A stretch of 51,535 nt of DNA, from positions 1 to 51,535 of the IMG/VR virus record IMGVR_UViG_3300021411_000008, one strand, 5' to 3'. Source of the DNA: a virus (lineage: Duplodnaviria; Caudoviricetes). Position numbers and translations under genes: made by a program. This document shows, in pieces, positions 1 through 8,230 of this stretch (positions are counted from its first letter, which is position 1; each line of letters opens with the position of its first letter). The notes below the pieces were generated by a model. The model had not been told where the DNA came from. It saw only the letters and a program-made list of their open reading frames with translations, and did no database searches.

Positions 1-1
1 A

Positions 2-1531
2 TCTTCGCTCTATTGCGATCATCACATTTTCTGGAAAGACGAAGGCAAAAATTGGCGTGCGAATAAACAGAGTGAAGATATTTGGTGGAATTATAACTGC
101 AAGGATGCTGTTAAAACCCTCGAAGTCTACCATGAACTCCTCCCACTCGTAACATCCTTCGAGCTGACCGAGCAGGTCGCTACTCAGATGGCCGTGTTTA
201 ATGACATGTGCCTACCGATGATGATGCGCGGGATGCTCACTGATCCTGCTGCACGCAAGATAGTCTCGGACCAGCTCGCGGCTGATATCGCTATACTCGA
301 TGCCCGCCTTGCGCCGATGGTACCTGAAGACATACTCCCTCGCAAGAAGGGCAGCGCGCCTTGGTACACCTCAGCCGCGAAACAGAAAATACTATTCTAC
401 GACATCTGCGGCGTACAGCCCGTACGCAAACCGGGCGGTGGAAGCGAAACTGTTAACAAAGAAGCGCTACCTGTCATCGCGCAGCGTGAGCCTATCCTTG
501 CTCCTGTAATTACCCTGCTCGAACGCCGACGCAGTATGAAAGTTTACCATTCCACATTCGCTAAGATGGAGACCGACGACGATGATCGTATGCGATGTTC
601 ATATAACCCTACAGGAACAGATACTTTCCGATTCTCATCGAGTGAAAATGTGGAGGGACGTGGGGGAAATCTGCAGAACATTCCCAGCGATAAGGAAGAT
701 GACGATTACAAGTACCCCAACATGCGTAACTCTTTCGTATGTGATCCCGGTTACGAACTTGGCGAGTTTGATCTTGGCGGAGCGGACGCTCAAGTCGTTG
801 CGTGGGAAGCTAAAGACGAAGACCTTAAGGCCGCATTCCGCGCTGGACTTAAACTCCATATCAAAAACTGCCGAGACCTATACCCCGAACGCACGAAGGA
901 TATGACCGATGAAGACCTCAAAGCTCTCGATCACGCCGGTGGGCTTTACCATAACGCTAAACGTCGAGTGCACGGCACCAATTACGGAGGAACTCCTCGA
1001 ACGTTTGTGGCGAAACTTAGAACATCTCTTGCTGAGGAAGAAGAGTTTCACGAGCGATGGTTTCACCTCCATCCGGGTATCAAGGAGTGGCACAATCGGA
1101 CGAATCGACAACTCAATGGAATACAGTGCTGGCGGTGTAACAAAGTACATGGGGGCGAACGAATTTGCCCCGAATGTGGAGCAGTTTCTGGCCGAACAGT
1201 TGGCAATAAGTTCGGTTACCGTATCGTCTACTTCGATCGACCTAACGAACTCTTTACCAAAGCGCTCGCATGGAAGCCGCAAAGCACCGTCGCCATCAAC
1301 ACCAACAAAGGCGCGCTCGCCATACGACGGGATTGCCCTTGGGTTGAACTTCTATTACAGGTTCATGACTCGCTCATCTGCCAGTGGCCTAAAAAGTATC
1401 ACGACAGAATTCCTGAAATCAAACAAGCACTCCACACTATAACCGTCCCATACGACGACCCTCTAACTATTCCGTGGGGACTAAAACTATCCACCACGAG
1501 CTGGGGAGCAGCTGAACCGCAGAAATGGTAA
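2..1531 (+). CDS. Family A DNA polymerase, 5'-truncated second allele (C-terminal part of 48217..50895)
   Basis: Frame is open from the window start. ExoIII YNCKD, motif A DLGGADAQ, motif B AKRRVHGTNYGG, motif C QVHDS. About 94% aa identical to the full copy by manual count. Confidence 0.93.
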   Translation, partial: SSLYCDHHIFWKDEGKNWRANKQSEDIWWNYNCKDAVKTLEVYHELLPLVTSFELTEQVATQMAVFNDMCLPMMMRGMLTDPAARKIVSDQLAADIAILDARLAPMVPEDILPRKKGSAPWYTSAAKQKILFYDICGVQPVRKPGGGSETVNKEALPVIAQREPILAPVITLLERRRSMKVYHSTFAKMETDDDDRMRCSYNPTGTDTFRFSSSENVEGRGGNLQNIPSDKEDDDYKYPNMRNSFVCDPGYELGEFDLGGADAQVVAWEAKDEDLKAAFRAGLKLHIKNCRDLYPERTKDMTDEDLKALDHAGGLYHNAKRRVHGTNYGGTPRTFVAKLRTSLAEEEEFHERWFHLHPGIKEWHNRTNRQLNGIQCWRCNKVHGGERICPECGAVSGRTVGNKFGYRIVYFDRPNELFTKALAWKPQSTVAINTNKGALAIRRDCPWVELLLQVHDSLICQWPKKYHDRIPEIKQALHTITVPYDDPLTIPWGLKLSTTSWGAAEPQKW

Positions 1532-1535
1532 ACCA

Positions 1536-1560
1536 CACACTTAATGATTTATAAAGTGTG
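1536..1560. promoter_or_regulatory. Palindromic operator-like site (CACACTTAA-N7-TAAAGTGTG)
   Basis: Intergenic; matches the sites at 29590, 32471, 40665 and 50900. Confidence 0.7.
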
Positions 1561-1578
1561 TCAACTAGGGAGACTCCA

Positions 1579-2004
1579 ATGTCTTTTATTTACGTAGCAT
1601 CGCCTTACTCACATGATGATCGAACTATCGTCAACGCTCGTCACCATTTGGTATTACATTACACTACTCATCTTTTCCGGCAGAAAAAGTTAGCTTTCTC
1701 TCCCATTGTGCATTGTCATCCTATCGCACAACATGGCGGTTTGCCCGGCGACTTCCAGTTCTGGGAACAATACAACCGCGCAATGATCGGAAGCTGTGAC
1801 ATGATGCATGTGCTCGAACTTCCCGGCTGGGAGATGTCGAAGGGAGTAACATCAGAAATCAAAATAGCCAAATTCGATTATATTCCGATCGAGCATATTA
1901 CCTATAAAGACTTGTCAAACTTCATCCATAAGCCAGAAGAAGGCGACGAGGAAAAGTGGCCAACGTGGGAAGCATATAAGTTACTGGCGGGTACTACCGA
2001 GTAA
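1579..2004 (+). CDS. DUF1937 / nucleoside 2-deoxyribosyltransferase-like protein
   Basis: N-terminal IYVASPYSH, FSPIVHCH and LPGWEMSKGVTSEI are typical of this Rossmann-like family. RBS AGGGAG precedes ATG 1579. Confidence 0.75.
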   Translation: MSFIYVASPYSHDDRTIVNARHHLVLHYTTHLFRQKKLAFSPIVHCHPIAQHGGLPGDFQFWEQYNRAMIGSCDMMHVLELPGWEMSKGVTSEIKIAKFDYIPIEHITYKDLSNFIHKPEEGDEEKWPTWEAYKLLAGTTE

Positions 2005-2009
2005 CCTTT

Positions 2010-3278
2010 ATGCCCCGTAAGCTCGAAAACTGGCTGACAGCATACGCCAAGTACACGAGCGCTAGCGAAGCCCCAGAGATGTTTAACTTCTGGAGCGGCG
2101 TTAGCGCGATCGCTGGTGCTATGCAAAAGAAATGCTGCATCGACCAAGTGAGGTTTAGATGGACTCCGAATTTCTACATTATATTTGTTGCACCGCCCGG
2201 AGTGGCGACGAAGTCGACTACCATATCCGTGGCGATGAACTTGTTGAAGCAAGTCGATGGCATTCAAATGGGGCCACAATCGCTCACTTGGCAGGGACTA
2301 ACTTCTGGTCTACAGAAATCCTTGCAGCTAATACCAATGGGGGGTTTGACCGGAGACCTCCTCGATCAGAATTACATGTCGCAAAGTGCCATTACCTGCG
2401 AGTTAAGCGAATTAGGCACCATGCTCGATGCACGGGATACCGCATTAGTTTCTGTACTTATTGATCTTTGGGATGGGAGAGATGGAACATGGGAGCGTTG
2501 GCTGCGTTCATCCGAGAACACAAAAATCGAGAATCCATGGATCAATATAATTGCCGCTACTACGCCTTCGTGGCTGCGGGGAAACTTTACGGAGGAAATG
2601 ATATTTGGCGGTCTCACATCGAGAGTAGTTTTCGCATACGCAGACAAAAAGCAATATTTGATTCCCTACATCAACCAACTCGTGGATGCGACGGATCACC
2701 TAGAACTCGAAAAAGCGCTCGTACACGATCTGAATGAAATAAACCTCCTCCGAGGTGACTTCATCATGACCCCGGCGGCGCTTGAATTCGGTGGAAATTG
2801 GTATCGTCAGCACTGGCAAAACGTAGACGAGCATCTACGCAATCCTAAGTTCCACGGCTACAATGCTCGTAAGCAAACCCACATGCACAAGCTGGCGATG
2901 ATCCTATCCGCTGCTGAATCCGATGGCCTAATAATCGACAAGCGCCATTTGGAAATCTCTCTTGCCCTACTCGCCGGTGTTGAACGCGATATGCACATCG
3001 TCTTCGACTCGATCGGCATGGTCCAGTCCGCCCGCGATATGGAGTTCATTAAAGAAATCCTGAAAACTCAAGGTATCGTCACTGACAAAAATCTCTGGGG
3101 CGAGTGCTATCGCTTCATGACTCGGATGGATTTCCAAGCCGCGACGGATGCTTGCGTAAAAGCTGGATGGACTATGATATTTGTCGAGCAGGGGACGACC
3201 TTTTACAAGTACATTCCCGAGCTCGACGATGATGCTCCGCCTACTGTTCTTACTGAGGCTGTTCCGAAGGTTCAATAG
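2010..3278 (+). CDS. DUF3987-like P-loop ATPase / putative replicative helicase
   Basis: Walker-A-like APPGVATKST, ELSELGT, LIDLWDG, IIAATTP, GGLTSR arginine finger. No N-terminal primase domain visible. Confidence 0.7.
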   Translation: MPRKLENWLTAYAKYTSASEAPEMFNFWSGVSAIAGAMQKKCCIDQVRFRWTPNFYIIFVAPPGVATKSTTISVAMNLLKQVDGIQMGPQSLTWQGLTSGLQKSLQLIPMGGLTGDLLDQNYMSQSAITCELSELGTMLDARDTALVSVLIDLWDGRDGTWERWLRSSENTKIENPWINIIAATTPSWLRGNFTEEMIFGGLTSRVVFAYADKKQYLIPYINQLVDATDHLELEKALVHDLNEINLLRGDFIMTPAALEFGGNWYRQHWQNVDEHLRNPKFHGYNARKQTHMHKLAMILSAAESDGLIIDKRHLEISLALLAGVERDMHIVFDSIGMVQSARDMEFIKEILKTQGIVTDKNLWGECYRFMTRMDFQAATDACVKAGWTMIFVEQGTTFYKYIPELDDDAPPTVLTEAVPKVQ

Positions 3279-4818
3279 GCTTTATCAACTCGCCTAAACT
3301 CGACGCGCCTTTGCTGCCAATAGTAATTCCCACCTTCGCCCCCGCTGTTCCCTCACGCTTTAGTTGCGTCTTGGCGACGTTATTGAACAACGTCCGTGCT
3401 GTATCTTCCGCCCCACGTTCGGCCCCACCACGAAGCGGTGCTTTAAGCGAGTTAACCATATAACTAAATATGCCACCAGTACCCATACTTCTTTCTAGCT
3501 TATTCATTAGCTGCGTCATATCACCGCCCTTAGCGATCTGTCTGATTACCACGAGTTCTCTCGGCTCAAACGTCCTTTGCGCTAATTTGTTCTTATACAA
3601 TTTCGTAAACTCTGCTTGGAACGCTTTGTCCACCGGCGTACCTTTACCGGTTGCAATGTCCGCAAGATCAAACGCACTCGCAACTAGGTTCGATTTTTCT
3701 TTTTGTGCAAAAGTTTCATTCATTGTCTTGAATGCCTTCAACCCCTCTTTAATATTACCCGAGACAACCGCTGGATTTTTTTCTCCCAACGATTCGAACA
3801 TAGCACTCATTCTCTTTCCGATAATCCGCACGAGATTAGCATCGTCGAACGCAACACCGTCTTGCAATGTCCCTTTACCTGTAAAAGGTAAATCTCTAAT
3901 CCTTGCTCGTAGCGTATTCAAATCTCTCAAACTCGTCGCAGTTCCATCGTCCGCATATTTGTTCAACAAATCTAGTGCGGTCTGCGCTGTAGGAGCATCT
4001 CCAACTTTAAATGTTTTATTGTTGGCAAACTCCTTTGCAAGCTTATTAACTTCTCCTTTAATATATTTATTATCAACCATAACCCCAGCCTTATCAAACT
4101 GGTCCGAAGCGGTTTTAACTGTATTTTCAAGCTCAGTAACTTTACCCTTCGCCGTCTTCCAGAGCGAATCTTCCACGCCGCCAACCTTAGCAACAGGAAC
4201 TTTCCGCTCAATAAGCGCACCGAGTCGATCGCCAAAATACTTCCCGAACAACCCTCCAACCGCACCGAGACCTGTTTCTATTCCAACATTGAGTGGATCG
4301 GGTGTCTCACCTTTTCCGATTGCCTCTCCAGCCGCATTAACCCCAGCAAGTCCTGCACCAGTTACCGCCGCTGCTGGATATGTAGCCGCAGCAGCCCCCG
4401 GAAGCGCCAATCCCTGCGATACGGTTCCGATACCTTTCGCAACATTCGTCGCTGTCGGTCCGAGTCGCTGTTCGGCCATATTACTTTGCGCAAGCTGCGT
4501 GTCTAAATCCGTCCCGGCTACGGCTGCGCGAGCTTTATTAGCCATTCCTGCCGCTGCGCTATCACCTGTTACTCGGCCGAAATCTCCACCAGCTTCCATA
4601 TCTTGATGAATAGCTTTCGCTTTATCTTCCGTATCCCCATGGAAAAGCGCTTTCGTTGCACCGCTCGCAGCGCCGATTAGATCACCTGCCCCCATACCGA
4701 GCAAGCTTCTCAGCATCCCACCTCCGCCTTTAGCAGCCGGTGCTTCTTTACCTTCCGCTTCCGCATTGAGTGCATCTCTCGCTGCTTTCCGGGCAGCAGC
4801 CATTTCTTCTGGGGTCAT
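3250..4818 (-). CDS. Putative internal virion / DNA ejection protein
   Basis: 522 aa, Ala/Gly-rich hydrophobic N-half and helical C-half; last gene of the virion operon. Confidence 0.55.
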   Translation of the reverse strand: MTPEEMAAARKAARDALNAEAEGKEAPAAKGGGGMLRSLLGMGAGDLIGAASGATKALFHGDTEDKAKAIHQDMEAGGDFGRVTGDSAAAGMANKARAAVAGTDLDTQLAQSNMAEQRLGPTATNVAKGIGTVSQGLALPGAAAATYPAAAVTGAGLAGVNAAGEAIGKGETPDPLNVGIETGLGAVGGLFGKYFGDRLGALIERKVPVAKVGGVEDSLWKTAKGKVTELENTVKTASDQFDKAGVMVDNKYIKGEVNKLAKEFANNKTFKVGDAPTAQTALDLLNKYADDGTATSLRDLNTLRARIRDLPFTGKGTLQDGVAFDDANLVRIIGKRMSAMFESLGEKNPAVVSGNIKEGLKAFKTMNETFAQKEKSNLVASAFDLADIATGKGTPVDKAFQAEFTKLYKNKLAQRTFEPRELVVIRQIAKGGDMTQLMNKLERSMGTGGIFSYMVNSLKAPLRGGAERGAEDTARTLFNNVAKTQLKREGTAGAKVGITIGSKGASSLGELIKPIEPSEQPQ

Positions 4819-4819
4819 T

Positions 4820-6292
4820 TCATTGTGCTCCTGGTTCTGGCCATCCTAATACCGCACGTTTCATGCGGTCGTCATACTTCGACCAGAGTCGTTTATCTTC
4901 CTCACTGAGCGTATCCGGTGCGGCAGCGGGAAGTTGGGTAATCTTTGCTGGACCGGACTCTTCTCCCGGAGCAGGACGGAGCGGATTTATCATTTTCTCC
5001 AACTCTACATGCTCTTGATCCGTAAACATAGGCTTGTCTTTTAGATACCCTTGAATATACTTACTCCAACCTTTTGTCGTACCGTTTTCGATAATATACT
5101 CCGCCTTCTTCCCCATAATATCTGCCTCCCGCCGCTGCTTAGCGAGCATGCCTGTCAAGATTGCGTAATTAGCCTGTGGAGTATCACCCAATCCACCAAC
5201 AATACTTTGTAGGAACTGCACGTCACGATCAGAAGTATTACCCGTCAAGCCATAACCGCTATCTGGATTACGCATTCTGAGCGCCAAAGCATTCATTCTT
5301 CCCAGCAACGTCTGCTGCAAATCCACATCATTCTTATCCCCAGCAAACGTGAATCCGAAATCCTGAAACGCTGCTCTGATACCTATTGTCAGCGGTACCG
5401 TCTTTCCAGTCGGTGTGACTTTCGCAAGCTCTCGTGTCTGCTCCAAATCGGCAACCTGATTGAGCAACATGTCAGCTTTGTCGCTCATTTTAATACTTGC
5501 TTCTTGCATCGGCGTTGATACTCCCGCGGTCGCCGCTGGCGGAACTGTCGCCCGTGACTGCGCCTGCATCCACTGCGAGAATGTCCCAACTGCCGCACCT
5601 TCCTGTAGCCGCGCATGTTGATAGTTTGTCCACTGCGGAGTCGTATCGCCCGACTTCGCTTTATACATATCCAATACTACTTTCGCCCCTTCCGAATCCC
5701 CCATCGCGACCAACTCCCCAGCCATGTCCACCATATCCATGGGAGCCATTGTTTCAAGCGCGGTTTGCCCGCCTACTTTAACCGCACCAAATAGCTGCTT
5801 TCTCCGCTCAAGCGTCTGCCGTGCTTGCTCATTTTTGAGCAGCTTATCCTGTGCTTCCAGTTGGTTTATCTGTAAATTCTGCACATTTAATCCATAGTTT
5901 GCCTGTGCCATTTTATTATCAAACAGCATGTTTGACTCTTGCAGATCAACCTTCCGCTTCTCCAACTGCTGTTCTGTAGTTAATCCCGGAGACATAACTT
6001 GTATCGCGAAATCGAGCAAACTACTTTGCACTCCCGGATCAGCGAGCCAGCTCTCATTCTTCGCTACTTTCGCTTCGAAGTCGGGTGCACCAGTAGCTCC
6101 AGTAGTATTCGGATCAACAGGAGCCGGGCTGCTAGCTGCATTACTAGCCGGTGCCATAATGTCTCCGAGACCGCGAACGGCGGGGGTAGACACAGAAGTC
6201 TTTCCCATACTCGCAGCGACATTTTGTGGTTGAGGGACCAACGGCGAGTTAATCTTGTCATAATCATCCCTTAAGGATTTTCCGAGTGCCAT
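4820..6292 (-). CDS. Putative DNA ejection protein
   Basis: 490 aa, coiled-coil and Gln-rich, with a GNTSDRDVQFL motif like those in podophage injection proteins; operon position. Confidence 0.6.
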   Translation of the reverse strand: MALGKSLRDDYDKINSPLVPQPQNVAASMGKTSVSTPAVRGLGDIMAPASNAASSPAPVDPNTTGATGAPDFEAKVAKNESWLADPGVQSSLLDFAIQVMSPGLTTEQQLEKRKVDLQESNMLFDNKMAQANYGLNVQNLQINQLEAQDKLLKNEQARQTLERRKQLFGAVKVGGQTALETMAPMDMVDMAGELVAMGDSEGAKVVLDMYKAKSGDTTPQWTNYQHARLQEGAAVGTFSQWMQAQSRATVPPAATAGVSTPMQEASIKMSDKADMLLNQVADLEQTRELAKVTPTGKTVPLTIGIRAAFQDFGFTFAGDKNDVDLQQTLLGRMNALALRMRNPDSGYGLTGNTSDRDVQFLQSIVGGLGDTPQANYAILTGMLAKQRREADIMGKKAEYIIENGTTKGWSKYIQGYLKDKPMFTDQEHVELEKMINPLRPAPGEESGPAKITQLPAAAPDTLSEEDKRLWSKYDDRMKRAVLGWPEPGAQ

Positions 6293-6293
6293 C

Positions 6294-7820
6294 TTACTTA
6301 CCTCCCATTAACATACCGAGCGAGGGCGGTCCACCACTTTGTCCCATGTTTGTAAGCATGGCCATAATGGCTTTCAACGCATTCGGATCACGGTTAAAAC
6401 TACCCTGCGATGGAGCAGGAGCGGTGCCTTTCGGCGGTTCTAAAGCTGGGCCTTTCATTGCTCCTGCGAGCTGACCTAGCTTGCCGATGGTATTAATCTT
6501 GTCTTGGAATGTCTGACTCTGCGCTGGTGCTGCTGGCGCAGGCGGGAATTGCGTCAATGGATCAGCTGCCGGAGTCGCTGTCACTGTCGGATCAACATCG
6601 GCCGCAGTATACCTCCCATCGCCATTAATCGGCTGTGACAGCAGCCCACCATTCGGCACTTGCTGAGGCGGTGGGGCTTCCTGTGTCGGCGCCACACTCG
6701 ATAACATCCCCGTATCCGGAGTCTGTACAATCGGCACCAGCTTCTGCGCGGTCGCAATTCTGTCCGCACCTTCACCTCCCGGCTTATCATAACCGGCGAA
6801 TTTCCACGCATTATTCATATGCTGTTGTGCTTCTGCAGCGTCCTTGGAATTCTCGATCTGGTTGATCAAATTTGGGTCTTCCTGCAAGGCAAACAGCGCT
6901 TGATTTCGAGCCGAAACATGGTTTGGATTATCTCCCATTTTCGCCCCGAAGTTCTGCATGTTGGTATATCTCGCATCTCTCCATGACATAGCGCCACCGG
7001 ATTTACCCGCAACGCCTCCCTCACTCGGATCGTTCCACGTACCAAATACGTTTGCAGGAGCAAATGCGCTTTCATGCGTTGCCGTGGCCATCATAGCCGC
7101 GATAGCATACGGATTAGTAAGCCCTTTAATACCTTGTTCTGGACTACCGGCACGCAGCGACTGCTCGAATTCATTCATGATCTGCTTCTGGCTTTCCGTG
7201 CCTTCAGCAAGTGTCCGCGCTTCACCAGCATTACCGACATTATCCGGCACCTGCCCGACCTGCAACGTCCCCGGAGTTAACCTCGCTGCCTGCTCTTTTT
7301 GCATCTTTTCCCACGTATTATCTGCAGCGGCGTTGGCTTCATCGCTTCCCGTAAACGGTCCAATTCTGCCCCACGGACCGCTTAGCCATGGTTCATTTCC
7401 ACCACTTGCTGGAGCTTGCTGAGGCGGCGGTGCTACAGGCGCACGTGAGCGCATGGGGTCTTTCGGAACCATAAGATTGCCAAGCGACGGGGTGGCGGAA
7501 GTCGCGCCGGGTTTAGCTGTTGTCGTACTGGTCGGCGCCACTTCTGAGCTTTTGCCTTTTTCATTTGACTCCATCTGACGGCGCTGGGCCGTCTGTGCTT
7601 GTACTTGCTCTTGTAGAGTCATCGCACCTTGCTGACTCCATTGGTTAGGCGCGAAATCCCCGCCTCCTGCAACTTGAGTATTCGGTGCCTGAGCTGTAGG
7701 CGCGCTTAAATCACCAAGCCCCAATGACGGTGCGATCTGCTTCTGAAGATGCTCAGGTTCGATATTCAGCATCGCCATACGCCGTGCGAGTTCTTTAATC
7801 TGGGGCTGTTTCAAGGCCAT
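6294..7820 (-). CDS. Putative ejection protein with a phage-tail-lysozyme-like domain
   Basis: GLTNPYAIAAMMATATHESAF...GAMSWRDAR (catalytic ES) embedded in low-complexity P/A/Q linkers. Confidence 0.65.
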   Translation of the reverse strand: MALKQPQIKELARRMAMLNIEPEHLQKQIAPSLGLGDLSAPTAQAPNTQVAGGGDFAPNQWSQQGAMTLQEQVQAQTAQRRQMESNEKGKSSEVAPTSTTTAKPGATSATPSLGNLMVPKDPMRSRAPVAPPPQQAPASGGNEPWLSGPWGRIGPFTGSDEANAAADNTWEKMQKEQAARLTPGTLQVGQVPDNVGNAGEARTLAEGTESQKQIMNEFEQSLRAGSPEQGIKGLTNPYAIAAMMATATHESAFAPANVFGTWNDPSEGGVAGKSGGAMSWRDARYTNMQNFGAKMGDNPNHVSARNQALFALQEDPNLINQIENSKDAAEAQQHMNNAWKFAGYDKPGGEGADRIATAQKLVPIVQTPDTGMLSSVAPTQEAPPPQQVPNGGLLSQPINGDGRYTAADVDPTVTATPAADPLTQFPPAPAAPAQSQTFQDKINTIGKLGQLAGAMKGPALEPPKGTAPAPSQGSFNRDPNALKAIMAMLTNMGQSGGPPSLGMLMGGK

Positions 7821-7832
7821 AATAACCTCCTA

Positions 7833-8219
7833 TTAAGAAGCTTCGAAACCCTGTGCGTTGACATAAACCGCACCCGTTGCGCTGAGTGTCAGCAAGCAAA
7901 TCTCGAGCAATTGGTTCACATCACTTTGCAAAGGGGTATCGAATGCTTCATCAAAACGCTGAAGCGCCGTGTTCAACTTCGTCCGCCATAGCACTGTTCC
8001 ACCAGCACCCTTGCGAATCACCAACTCTGTCGCTGTGGCCATAGTTTCCGTGCTCACGCCAATATGCGTGATACAGTTCTTCTTCCCGGCTACAGCGGCT
8101 TTGATAGTAACCGCCGTTGTAGAGTTAACTAACCCCGCTGCCGGTGGTGCATAAGACCATGTTGCGGTTAAGTCCTCAATCACTCGCATCCGTTGTACTT
8201 GACTATTTGCTACTGGCAT
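7833..8219 (-). CDS. Small beta-rich virion protein
   Basis: 128 aa with RBS, in the virion operon; jelly-roll-like composition ending VYVNAQGF. Confidence 0.5.
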   Translation of the reverse strand: MPVANSQVQRMRVIEDLTATWSYAPPAAGLVNSTTAVTIKAAVAGKKNCITHIGVSTETMATATELVIRKGAGGTVLWRTKLNTALQRFDEAFDTPLQSDVNQLLEICLLTLSATGAVYVNAQGFEAS

Positions 8220-8230
8220 TGTCTTATCTC

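Larger units (their letters stand above)
1..2170. repeat. Left copy of the ~2.17 kb diverged terminal direct repeat (circular overlap)
   Basis: Position 1 ATCTTCGCTCTATTGCGATC matches 49365. The same genes occur in the same order, with many mostly third-position substitutions and one 1-bp intergenic indel. Confidence 0.97.

Noticed and set aside
1-2170. Diverged repeat as a diversity-generating retroelement TR/VR pair
   Set aside because: Differences are not adenine-specific, the repeat is 2 kb of replication genes, and no reverse transcriptase is present.
3470-4606. 378-aa plus-strand ORF and other long antisense ORFs (e.g. 19448..20347, 21733..22413)
   Set aside because: They are shadows of well-supported minus-strand virion genes, with no RBS, motifs or operon context.
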